From Takakia lepidozioides (taxonomy: Eukaryota; Plantae; Bryophyta), in NCBI GenBank assembly GCA_030704615.1, contig CM060731.1, positions 96,038,001 to 96,102,000 on the forward strand: a DNA stretch of 64,000 bases. Reading direction: 5' to 3'. The position numbers and the translations under genes were made by a program. The notes under the pieces were generated by a model, which did not search any database, was not told the DNA's origin, and was given only the letters and a program-made list of their open reading frames with translations. The stretch's first letter is position 1, and each line of letters opens with the position of its first letter. Positions 24,701 to 36,120 of this stretch are shown here, one piece after another.

Positions 24701-27700
24701 ATGGACAATCTCCACAGGTGACGACGAATGCGCAAGAGCAGCTGGACACACAAGCACATCAGTTCAAGATGGAGATATCTCCTGCAGCAGAGAGCCTGCG
24801 TGACTATGTGACGAGGTACTTTCTGCTCTACAAAACCAACCTATTCTTTCGGGAGATAGCAGATGCTCGCCGGAGCCACGAGTTCACCGACCAGCCGAAC
24901 GCGGACAAAGCAGCAATGCGCCTTCTGTACAGGTACATACGCGCTGCCTTTCTTTCAAGTCCTGGCATTTCAGGATGTTAGAGGCCTAAGTGGTGTTAGG
25001 GAAAATGGCGCCGAATTTCCAGTCAGGGCTCCGAAAATGGCAAAGTCCCTAGACTGGCTGGCCCGGAACTGGAAATTCGGCGCCATTTTCCAGTTCCAGG
25101 CCCTATTGCCGTTCAGGGACTTAGCCATTTTCGGGCTAAGTCCCTAGTGTGGCTGGCCCGGAACTGGAAATTCGGCGCCGTTTTCCAGTTCTAGGCCCTA
25201 TTGCCGTCCAGGGACTTAGCCATTTTCGGGCTAAGTCCCTAGACTGGCTGGCCATGAAGTGGAAATTCGGCGCCATATTCCAGTTCCAGGCCCTATTGCC
25301 GTCCAGGGACTTAGCCATTTTCGGTCTAAGTCCCTAGGGTGGCTGGCCCGGAACTGGAAATTCGGCGCCGTATTCCAGTTCTAGGCCCTATTGCCGTCCA
25401 GGGACTTAGCCATTTTTCCGGCTAAGTCCCTAGACTGGCTGGCCCTGAAGTGGAAATTCGGCGCCATATTCCAGTTCCAGGCCCTATTGCCGTCCAGGGA
25501 CTTAGCCATTTTAGGTCTAAGTCCCTAGGGTGGCTGGCCCGGAACTGGAAATTCGGCGCCGTATTCCAGTTCTAGGCCCTATTGCCGTCCAGGGACTTAG
25601 CCATTTTTTGTGTAAGTCCCTAGGGTGGCTGGCCCGGAAGTGGAAATTCGGCGCCGTTTTCCAGTTCCAGGCCGTATTGCCGTCCAGGGACTTAGCCATT
25701 TTCGGGCTAAGTCCCTACACTGGGTGGCCCTGAAGTGGAAATTCGGCGCCATATTCCAGTTGTAGGCCCTATTGCCGTTCAGGGAGTTAGCCATTTTCGG
25801 ACCTCATTGGGTTTTTCATGAATGCAGGTACTGTAAGTTCTCGCTTTTGGAGAAAGGTCATCTGTCTTTCGAGCCACCATTCTTCCTGGCATGGAGGAAC
25901 CCTGGGGCTGACTCCATGTACACTGACGATATTGTGAAGGAGTGGCATCTGGAACATTTGCGTGATTGCCCTTGGTATGTGGACCTTCCGCCCGGCTCGC
26001 TCGACCCATCCGAGTTTCAATTGAAGCTGGATGCTGAATTCCGACGAAACCGGGCTCCGCTGCCTCCGTTGGGTGCAAAAGAGGCAAAAGCGCTTGCGAA
26101 CTCCAGGAAAGCGGCAGAGCTTGCTCAGGCAGGAATTCAAGAGAAATTGCATGAGAAGAGTAAAGGTCAAGGAAAAGGACAAGGAACAGGTGACTTGCAG
26201 TAACACCCAAAAAGAAGAAAACCATCGGGGCATCGAGGAGGCGCAGGAGGGGACCCAAGAGAGTGACTCCGACGCCGATTTTGTTCAAGGTCCCTGCGAC
26301 TGCTGTTGCTCCTACCCCAGTCACCGGTCCGTCCGGGTTCCCAAGTCAGTTCGGAGTGGGACTGGCTCTGCCAAGAAGTTGGCATTTGAGGGCGAGCCTA
26401 CACGGCGGTATTCCGGCGGTGACGTTTACGCACAGGCCAAAGCTAGAACCTCCAACCATCATCCAATGCGTCAATGAGAGCTTCCTTGACGCTCTCGCCT
26501 GCCAGGGCGAAGAAGGTGGCACACAACAAGTCTCTGGCGGAGCAGAAGGGAAAAGCCAAGAAGAGGGCTGCCGGTACAGAGCCTAAAGACACCCCTGTTT
26601 TGAAGCCATGATGGAATTCTTCACGGCTGTGAGCACGAATTGCAAGAGCACTCGGGGGGGGGTTGAGGTGGAGAGAGCTTGCGACATGATTCTCCTCGAC
26701 ATTCCAGATGGGGAGCTGCTGGAGGGCCTGGATGGTGTGCCCACCTGGAACAGGTTTACTGAGGACTACTGGAAAGCCGGGTTTGGGCTGGCGGGGATGC
26801 TTCTGGATGACGGTGGATGTGTGTTGTCCTTGCCACGAGAGGGAAGACCACAGAGAATGCAGTGGCAAGGTGGACACCGAAAAGTGTCACCCCGGTCCTC
26901 CTCAGAAAATGGTTCTGCATCAGTACGCAGGGGTTTGCGAACAGAGGGCCAAAGTGTAAGTTATCAATCTATTGCATTCACTTCATATTGTGGTGTATGT
27001 TAAGTAGACCCTGGAATTGATCCCTTCTTTGTTGGATGTGCAGACATTGGTGTTTGAGGCATATTGCTTTGTGAAGAGAGGGTCTACGTTCAAATTCCGC
27101 AACGACGGTCGTCTTGTTGATGCGCTGTGGACCCTGTAACCTACGATGTCCTCTACAACTATGTGCCCCACTCTAGTATGCCGAAGGACACAAAGACAGG
27201 CAAACCGTGGCGGTACAAAAAAGCCGGACCCGAAGCCCTGCTTTCATCCAAACCCTCATGGAGACGTGCTCGGATGTCCAAGGGCGGATTCTGGACCTCA
27301 CATGCGGCACGGGTAAGCCTTCACGTGCTCAGTTTGTCCCCTGGCCCCATTGCAATTGCATGCCGCAAGCTATTTAACCGCCCGCTTTGTTCCTCAGGTG
27401 CTTCAATGTGGGCAGGGACGTTGTCCGACAGGCATGTGTTCGCCTTCGAGCCAGATACTGCCCTCCACAACTCGGAACTTGCAGCGGCTGAACGTCTGCC
27501 GAAAGAGGAAGAGGCATCCTCGGAGGATGAGGAAAAATCCGAGAAGGAGCAGGGGGAGGAAGTTGGGATCGAGGCCGAGTAGCCCCCGGTTTACGAGTGA
27601 GTGGTGGCATTGTAAGTTGCCTCCAGATTTTGTGAGGCACCTCCCTCCGCTCTCTTATTTCATTGAAAACCCTTTCGGTTGTGCTGGTATTGACATTCTT

Positions 27701-28184
27701 CAAGTGGATTTGTTCTTACTGTAGGATGCCAAGTACTGCCGGAGGGACGTCTACACCGGAGTTCATGGGCAGGAGGAACGTGCCTTTTTTTGCCAGGGGA
27801 GATTTCATGCCTAGTCCAGAAAGGGAGTACATCCTGCCTACTTATGCTGCCCGGCTTGCTTCGGTGTCCATTAGGAGGTGTTCCGAACGTAGTCGTGTAC
27901 AGCAGATTTTAGACGAGGCAAGCCTCAAGAAAATGAAGATGAGGGAGGAGGCAGCAGCTATTAGAGCCCGTCGGCTCGTAGATTTGTGTTGGATTCTGCT
28001 GAGGAAAGTGGGAGGAAAACGCAGAAGATTCCCAGGAGGTGAGGTGGACAGTCCCCCAAGGAGAGGACGGGATTTTTGAGAGGCATAGTGGAACTGATGC
28101 ATCACAGAGCTCGGAGGATGAGGGGGGATGAGGGGGATGAGGAAGAAGGTGGGGCAAGTTTCCTCGGAGGGTGTAGGAGAGTAG
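21751..28184 (+). CDS. Multi-exon ParB/Srx-like domain plus beta-class amino-DNA-methyltransferase protein (copy B; 3' half has indels and a stop)
   Basis: Proposed exons: 21751-21927 (GC donor, tentative), 22275-23716, 23835-24024, 24127-24411, 24497-24622, 24718-24932, 25828-26955, 27044-27312, 27398-27596, 27725-28184. Motifs: IPLCRL..VRP...FYVWDGNHRLLA; LLDIPDG; ILDLTCGTG; FAFEPD; acidic tail. Confidence 0.8.
25003..25800. repeat. Intronic tandem array, 95-bp unit (~8 copies), two hairpins per unit
   Basis: GGAAATTCGG at 25071, 25166, 25261 and 25356. Hairpins GGAACTGGAAATTCGGCGCCATTTTCCAGTTCC and AGGGACTTAGCC...GGCTAAGTCCCT. Confidence 0.92.
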
Positions 28185-28403
28185 TGCCCATTCCGGCTAT
28201 GACAGTTAGAACACACTTGTATAGACGTGGCTTGCCACAAAATTTGCAATAAAATGTTGCATTTTAAGTCCACTGGTGCCACATTCCAACTTCACATGAC
28301 CCTATTTCCGTGCCTCCAACCCTATTTCGTGGACTCACAATGGTCTGCTCATGCTTTTTTTTTTTCCGCTCATGCTCATGCCGCTCATGAAATAGCAGCC
28401 CCC

Positions 28404-31400
28404 AGATTGGGGAACTCCACTCCCCTTAATGTCTCTAGTTGTAATGAGCCGTTGTCAAAGACTGTCTTGACGAGATAAGGGCCCATCCAGTATGAGTCAA
28501 ACTTGGCTTTGAACTCCTCGTTCCGACTATCGAATAATAGTACCAGATCTCCTGGATCAATTTTATTTTTTTTGCGCTTAGCATCGAAACGAGCCTTCCT
28601 TCGTCGTTGTACTGCCTCAATGTGCTGGGCTGCTGCTTGCCGGAGTTCATCCAGTCCTTCCAACATCTCGAGTCGTTCCTTTAATGACTCGGATGTTGCC
28701 AACCGTTCGGTAATGGCTAATCGTAGAGATGGGATGTCTCGATCGGCATGATGGACTCTAACCCATAAACCAATGAAAAGGGGGTATGTCAAGTAGTTAC
28801 CTTATGGGTCGCGAAATGCCCACAAGGCCAAAATTAACTGGTGTCCAATCCCTCTTGTGCTCCCTGATTGTCTTGGAGAGAATGTTGCACAGGGTTTGGT
28901 TGGCGCGCTCCACCTGCCCACTTGTTTGTGGATTATAAGGGGTCGCCTTTCGATGTTTGATGGAGAATGCCACCATCATTTCCTCGATGACGTCATTGAT
29001 GAAGTGAGATCCTCTGTCACTCACTATCTCTTTTGGGCATCCGAATCGGGAAATGATATATTCATAAATGAAAGAGGCGGTTACCTATGCGTTGGCCCTC
29101 TTAACCGCTTTGGCTTCTGCCCACTTGGTCAGATACTCAGTGGCTACAATGATGTAGCAATTTTTTTGACTCGATGCAGGGTGCACTTCCCCTACATTGT
29201 CGATTCCCCACTTCTCAAACGGAGCAAGGGGGAGAGTGGGAACTAACGGCATTCCGAGCCTGTTATCCCGCTTGGCGTACCTCTGACAAGAGTCGCATTT
29301 TTGCACATGCATGTGCGCATCTTTGAACATGGAGGGCCAGTAGTATCCTGCCCTCAAATCCTTCTGCACTGTGAACCGCCCTTCAAAGTGTCCTCCACAC
29401 ATGCTATCATGGGCTGACTCTAAAATTTGGGAAACCTCCTCCGGGGTGACGCATCGCCTCAAGAGTCCATCCAATCCCCTTCTATAAAGTTGCCCTCCCA
29501 CAAGAGCAAACTTCATGCTACGCAGTCGAAGTCGTCGTCGCGCATGTCGATCCAATCCTGGGGGAAATTCCAAGGTGCTTAAATACTGAGCTATGTGTTC
29601 ATACCATGGAGGAACGGTCTCTATGGAGAACAAAAATGCATCCGGAAAGTCATCGTCAATAGGCTCGTCCCCTATTTCCTCCGACAATCGGGAAAGGTGA
29701 TCGGCCTGAGCATTAAGCCTTCCGGGCTTGTAGACTACCTTGTAGTCAAAATCCTGAAGCAGAATAACCCACCTGGCTATTCTCCCCGTCAAATTGGGTT
29801 TGTTGATCAGGTATCGTAATGCCATGTGATCAACAAAAAAAGTGAAAGGTGTCTCCAACAAATAATGCCGATACTTCTTTACGGCAAAAATCATTCCCAG
29901 AGCCTCCCGCTCCGTGGTGCTATACCTCGTTTCAGCGAATGTCAGCTGTCGACTAGCGAAGGATATCGGATGATCATGGCCATCAACATCTGGTTGGCAC
30001 AGGGCACAGCCTACGGCCACCGCTGAAGCATCAACGTAAACATGGAAAGGCATGTTCCAGTCGGGAGTGGCCAAAACGGGAGCGGACGCCAAGCGCTGCT
30101 TGAGTGTCTCGAAAGACTCTTGACACCCTGTATCCCAGGAAAATACTTGGTTCTTCTTCAATAATCGAGTCAGAGGTAAGGCCTCTGTTGCATACTTGTC
30201 CATAAATTTCCTATATCACCCTGTGTGGCCAAGGAACCCTTTCACCTTAGATGATGTCTCTGGTGCGGGCAATTCGACTATGGCGCTCACCTTTGTTGGA
30301 TCTGTCGCCACGCCATCTTTGGACACTATGTGCCCTAGTAGCAGTCCATGTGTGACTGAAACACGCACTTCATTGGGTTGAGAGAGATCCCATTCTCCCT
30401 GCACCGGATGAAGCACTCCCATAATGCTGCAACTTGATCTTTTGCATCCCCATTGCAACAAAAGTCATCTAAGAAGATGACCAAATTTCTTCTCACAATG
30501 TCTGAGAAGGCATACGTCATGACCCTCCGAAACGTCAGGGGTGCGTTGCACAGGCCAAAGGGCATCCGTGTATAGACAAAGGTGCCCCATGGTGAAGTAA
30601 AGGTGGTTTTCAACACATCCTTTGGGTCAGTCAACACCTGATTGTACCCTGAGAATCCATCCATGAAAGAGTAGAGCTCCTTCCCTGCTACTTCTTCCAC
30701 CAAAGTATCTATGAATGGCAAGGGAAAATGATCCTTGTGTGTTACCTTGTTAAGGGGGCGGAAGTCCACGCATACCCTTAGGCCTCCATTCTTCTTTCGG
30801 ACGATCACCATCGGAGACACCCATGCTGATGTTTCCACTGGGAAAATAAATTTTGCGACTAATAACTTTTCAATCTTTGCTTTAATGAGCAGTGCTAAGT
30901 TGGGGTTCACCCTTCTCTCGCGTTGTCGTCTTGGGATGGCTCCCGGAATCAAGGGAATGAATGCATTGCCACGTAAGAAGGCACTCCCTTCAATTCGGTG
31001 TAGGACCATGCAAAGATGTCCTGAAATTCCTTGAATAGTGTCTGATACTCCAAGGCCTGCTCTGTTGTCAAGTGGGCTCCCACCTTCACCATCTTTGGTG
31101 ACTCTCCTCCAACTGCCATGTCGATCAACTGCATCGTTGGTTCCGATGTGAAACACGACCTCGGCTCAAATCGAGATCCATTTGATCCTTGCTGCAAATA
31201 GGGAATGTAAGGGGCGCTATGTTTCATGACATCCCTTCTAGGTCGACCTCCTCTACAATTCTCATATCCAGAATCTCGCCGTTTTCCTCCTGAGGAATCT
31301 CCTGTTCCTGCAGACCAACCCGTTCGGCGGATATGGAAAAGAGTTCGGTCAATGACTCGAACTCCGGAAGTGCCTCGGTTGATACCGAGTGTACCATCAC

Positions 31401-31960
31401 TTCCCTGCCTTGGTTTTCTCTGAACAACTAGGCGATGCAGTGTGCATCAGACTCGCATTCATACAATCCTGGTCCTAGAGACTTGACTGCGTCTTCTAGT
31501 CCTACCTTTCTTCGCTTAACCTCCCTGTGGGGCGCGGTAGCTGTTGCTAAAACTTGGTGGGCGTGTGAGGTGGGGAGGAGCTCTCCCTCTAACCACAAAT
31601 CCTCCTCACTCAAGTCTACAGACTCCTCTTCAGAGCCAATCATGCTGAGCTCATCCTCATCCGTTTCTTTGTGAGGTGCTCCAGAAAGAAATGCAACAGT
31701 AGTAGTGTAAGGTCTTACCCTATAAGTAATGGTACCTGTCCCCCAGTCCGTTCGTGCCCTGGACTAGACCAACCATGGCCTCCCTAATAGGAGTGCATAC
31801 GAATATTCGTCGATGGGAAAGTCTATGATTTGGAAGTCTACTGCATACGTGTAGCCTCCTGTCTTCATCTTGACATTGGCTATGTGACCCACTGGTCGGA
31901 TCTTCCGCTGGTCAGCTAGCCTGATTGTCAGAGGGGATTCACAGGAGTCACCTTGTGCTG
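28404..31960 (-). mobile_element. Degenerate Ty3/gypsy pol (protease end, RT, RNase H, integrase), host of the MULE insertion
   Basis: LLLGRPWL; WVSPMVIVRKK..LRVCVDFR, MPFGLCNAP, FLDD; DASAVAVG..E.EAL; HHCC, KWGID, YNPQTSGQVER, WMGPY. Several frameshifts. Confidence 0.92.
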
Positions 31961-31964
31961 ACTC

Positions 31965-32766
31965 CGAATGGCACATCGAGCGAATTACTCCAGGGTCTAG
32001 AGTTGGTTGCGCTGCAGTGAGGGCCATTAGTTATGAAAAGTGTAAGTCCAGGATAGCCAAAGGCTAAGCGGGTACTCCAGCTCCGACGTTCACAGGTTTG
32101 ATTCGGCCATATATGTCGAAGGAGTCGAAGATGCACAATCTGTTTCTGCCCGGACGATATGGCTCGTTGTGTGAATGGTGCCGTCCGCGACTCCTGCATT
32201 GCTAAGCCTCCCCCACCCACCATTTGGCCAGTGTGGGTGGGAACCTCCCTAACAGCACTGGAGATTGGCAAGTTGGAGGATGCCGGCTTTCGTCTGCACC
32301 GATCTGTGGCGTCGACTCTTGGTGGCCTTGCCGCTATGGTACCTCCTCAGACGATACTTCGCATCCCACGAGAAGGAATGGCAAAACAGTGCATCGGGTG
32401 GCTTCGGGGCCTGATCACGATGCGAAGGTGGAATCGGCCAGACTACTTCAGGCTCGGGTAACAGGAACTATGTAACCTGGGTATGGACGGGTTTATACTT
32501 TGGTCACATCTGGGTCTGTTTTGCACGACAGGGCCTATCAGGTGACGGTGGGAAATTTTCCGGGGTGTACCTGTCCCGACTTCGTGTTCATGCGTGAGGA
32601 AGCTCTAGGAAGGAGAGGGAAATGGGTTCCCTGCAATTATCTTTACTACATCTTTTTGCGCAGGATGTATTGTGATCCCAAAAGAGACCGAATCATTCAC
32701 CAGACGACACTTGGTCCTGGTGAGGTACGGACACTTTTGCAGCGAGACATTGGCAATATCGAGTAG
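31965..32766 (+). pseudogene. C-terminal fragment of a related MULE transposase with SWIM finger
   Basis: FCPDDMARCV..PTIWPVWVGTSLTALEIGKLEDAGF and CTCPDF...PCNYLYYI align by eye with FCRHDIMTCV..PGVWPVAPG..LSAAGF and CNCTDF..PCKHLYYI of 14460-15890. Confidence 0.8.
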
Positions 32767-33049
32767 TGTTGCATATGTTGCGATTTTTTGCAATGTCGGA
32801 AAGGGCTGCCTTGTTTGTAGAATATGTATACTCAGTTCTTAAATCTGGACAAGCAGACGATGTCTCGTTATAAAAGGTAGTATTTTTTTTCATCGGGTTT
32901 GGTTTACGAGCCTCTAAAATTGTGTACGTCAACGTCACACACCACTTCTGCCCCCACCCCCAACATTGCCCCGGGCCAAAAAAACAAAAAAAAACAAATA
33001 TATATATTTGTTCGCAGGCCTGCCAAACATGGACAAGTGTCAGTATGAA

Positions 33050-34113
33050 AGCTCATTTTATTTTTTCACAGCCTCTACAGAAGCATTGCGTAAATGAGCT
33101 TCATGATGACCATCTGTTTTTTTTTCCACTTCTTCTTGAATAACATGCACCTCAACAAGTTTCACAATGACAGCTCATTTGTTTTCCACGTCCTCTATAC
33201 AAACAAACCCTAAATAAGCATTCATGATGACCATATGATTTTTTTTTCACCTCTTCTTCAATAATAGAAACCTGAAGAAGTTTGACAATGATAGAGCTCA
33301 AGTTTTTGTTTCACCTCTTCTTCACAAACAAACCCTAATTTATTCATGATGACATCTGATTTTTTTTTCACCTCTTTTCCATCAACAGAAACCTGAACAA
33401 GATTGACAATGATAAAGCTCAATTTTTTTCACCTCTTCTTCACAAACAAACCCTAAATAAGCATTCATGATGACCATCTGGTTTTTTTTCACCTCTTCTT
33501 CAATAACAGAAACCTGAAGAAGTTTGACAATGATAGAGCTCAAGTTTTTTTTCCACCTCTTCTTCACAAACAATCCCTAATTTATTCATGATGACAATCT
33601 GATTTTTTTTTCACCTCTTTTTCAACAAGAGAAACCTGAACAAGATTGACAATGATAGAGCTCAATTTTTTTCACCTCTTCTTCACAAACAAACCCTAAA
33701 TAAGCATTCATGATGACCATCTGCTTTTTTTTCACCTCTTCCTCAATAACAGAAACTCGAAGAAGTTTGACAATGGTGGAGCTCAAGTTTTTTTTTCACC
33801 TCTTCTTCACAAACAATCCCTAATTTATTCCCTAAATAAGCATTCATGATGACCATCTGGTTTTTTTTTCACCTCTTCTTCAATAACAGAAACCTGAAGA
33901 AGTTTGACAATGATAGAGCTCAACTCTTCTTCACAAACAAACCCTAAATAAGCATTCATGATGACCATCTGATATTTTTTTCACCTCTTCTTCAATAACA
34001 GAAACCTTAACAAGTTTGAGAATGAGAGCTCAATTTTTTCACCTCTTCTTCACAAACAAACCCTAAATAAACATTCATAATGACCATCTGATTTCTTTTT
34101 TCACCTCTTCTTC
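33050..34113. repeat. AT-rich satellite, ~120-bp unit (two ~60-bp subunits) with AAACCCTAA boxes
   Basis: TTCACCTCTTCTTCACAAACAAACCCTAAATAAGCATTCATGATGACCATCTG is repeated. Inverted remnants at 34450-34560 and 35120-35350. Confidence 0.9.
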
Positions 34114-34200
34114 AGAGTGAATTCCGTGGTGAAGCAGATCTTGCGGAATTACGTGTCGGCAGACCAATCAGACTGGGTGGAGCACTTGGACGCGGCAGAG
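34114..34200 (+). other. 87-bp isolated fragment of chromovirus integrase
   Basis: Reverse complement of ~47643-47730 (RVNSVVK.ILRNYVSADQ..WVEHL.AAE). Confidence 0.8.
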
Positions 34201-36120
34201 ATTAGGGTTCACATATGGTGATGCCTCAACAAAGGTCTAGTAAAAGGGACAAGCTCATGTTTGGTATACTAACAGAGGGAGTGCAGCTATGGCGTGAGCC
34301 TAGCCGCGTGAGCCCAGGAGCTCAGCTCACGCTTTGCCCTCTAAGCGTGAGCCCAGGGGTTTAGTGGAGGAAGAAGCAGGCCCCATACCCGAGTCCTCTG
34401 TTTAGAGAGGTCCTATTGTCGTGGAAGCAGTTATAGCGCTTAAAAAAAGAGGTATAGAAAGAATGGAATGGTCATTGTGAAACTTACTAAGGTTTTCTTA
34501 TTGAAGAAGAGGTGAAAAAAAAAAGGCTGGGTGAGTCATCATGAATCTTACTTAGGGATTCTTGCATAAACAAGAGGCAAGAAAAGTTTGGATGCTCATT
34601 GTCAAGCTATCTGATGTTTCCAGTATTTCATCCATGGTGGATGGATGATGGATGGATAAAATATTGAAGGAGAGGTTAAAAATAATGAGGATGGGCAAGA
34701 AGAAGCCCCAAAATATGACCCCTCCAATTTCTTGATCCCTTCTCTGGCTTTTGATTGGCTGTAACCGCTGTGACTGGATTTTTGATTTAATTTTCTTTAG
34801 TGAACTTTCCCTGCTGGACTGTCCACTAGGATTACACATATGACAAGAATTTCGCTTTTCTGTACTTGCCGTTCCGTTCCCCTTTTTCTGTATTCATTAA
34901 TGGGCCCGCCATTCATCCGAATTGACGCGCTAAGTAGGTACTTTGACGGCCATTCTTGTCCTCTTTCTTGATGACACCTGTTCTTGCACTTCCTTCTCAG
35001 CTGTGTGTCGCGCCCTGACTTCCACGTGTCTATTTTTAAACTGGTTTCCGTCCTTTTTTCCGTCGGCCATTTTTCTGAAGTTAATGTGCATCCACCTGTC
35101 ACAGGCAATGGTTTTTGTTAATGTAAATGAGGTGAAAATTAAACAGATGGTCATCTTCAAGCTTATTTAGGCTTTGTTTGTGAAGAAGATGTGTAACAAA
35201 ATGAGCGGTTTATTGTGGAACTTGTTCAGGTTTGTGTTATTGAAGATGAGGTGGAAAAAAAACACATGGTCATTGTGATTGCTTATTTAGGGTTTCTTTG
35301 TGAAGAAGAGGTAAAAAAAAAACATTGAGCTATCCTTGTGAAACTTGTTTACCTCTGTAAAGGTATCATTAATATAAGGGACCCTAGCAACCTTAGACTA
35401 TACCTCCGTTAAGGTATCAACATTGAAATGACTTACTAAAATTTAAGGGCCTTTGGAGGATTGTTTGGAGGATCTTTGGGGTCCTTGGAGGAGTATTGGA
35501 GGACCCTTCAAGGAGTTTGGTGGACAATGTTGAAGAGCTCTTGAAGGATTGATTGAGGGATATTTGAAGGATACTTGCTACGACCATCCAAGCGAGTGGG
35601 TAGAGACAGGAGGGAGAGTGGTGGGATGAGAGCATTCTGGGATTAGGAATTGCTTTAGTCTCTCTTCCCCGTAGTCTTTCACCCTCTCTGTAGGCCAAAA
35701 CCTTTCCGTAGGTGGAGGCAAGAGTCAGTCCGGGTTTGGGCTGGGTGTCTTTGCAGAAGCATCAGTGTGGAGTGATTTTTGGTGTGGGGGCATTGTTGTT
35801 TTGATTTGCATGTGTTTGGATCTCCCCCACACCTGCATGCTTGACTCTGCGCCCTGCTAGTTTGGTTTGGGCGCTTGTTTTTATAGGTGGTTGGTCCGGA
35901 TTTGATCACCGGCCAATCCTAGAGTGTGTTGTCGGTGGTGAGGCTGGGGTGATGACCAGCCAACCTATGAGTGCTTGCGGTGGATGCAAGTACAGGTGCA
36001 GGTTTATGTTACGAACCTAGTAGTCTAAGCCATAAGCTGCAACAAGTTCTCTTACTGGTTACCAAAAGGGGATTAAAGACAGGTTGACAGCCAGTTGGGT
36101 TGTGAGTTTTCATCACGGAG

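Larger units (their letters stand above)
13692..28403. mobile_element. Complete Mutator-like (MULE) DNA transposon, copy B, carrying transposase and ParB-MTase gene
   Basis: Left end GAGGTTTGCTATTTCATGAG, right end (revcomp) GGGGGCTGCTATTTCATGAG, both with internal CATGAGC repeats. TSD AGATTGGG at 13684-13691 and 28404-28411. The flanks rejoin into an integrase ORF. Confidence 0.93.

Noticed and set aside
21751-28184. Bacterial or phage contamination, or a prophage, as the source of ParB-MTase
   Set aside because: The gene has multiple in-phase spliceosomal introns conserved between copies and lies inside a TSD-flanked eukaryotic TE.
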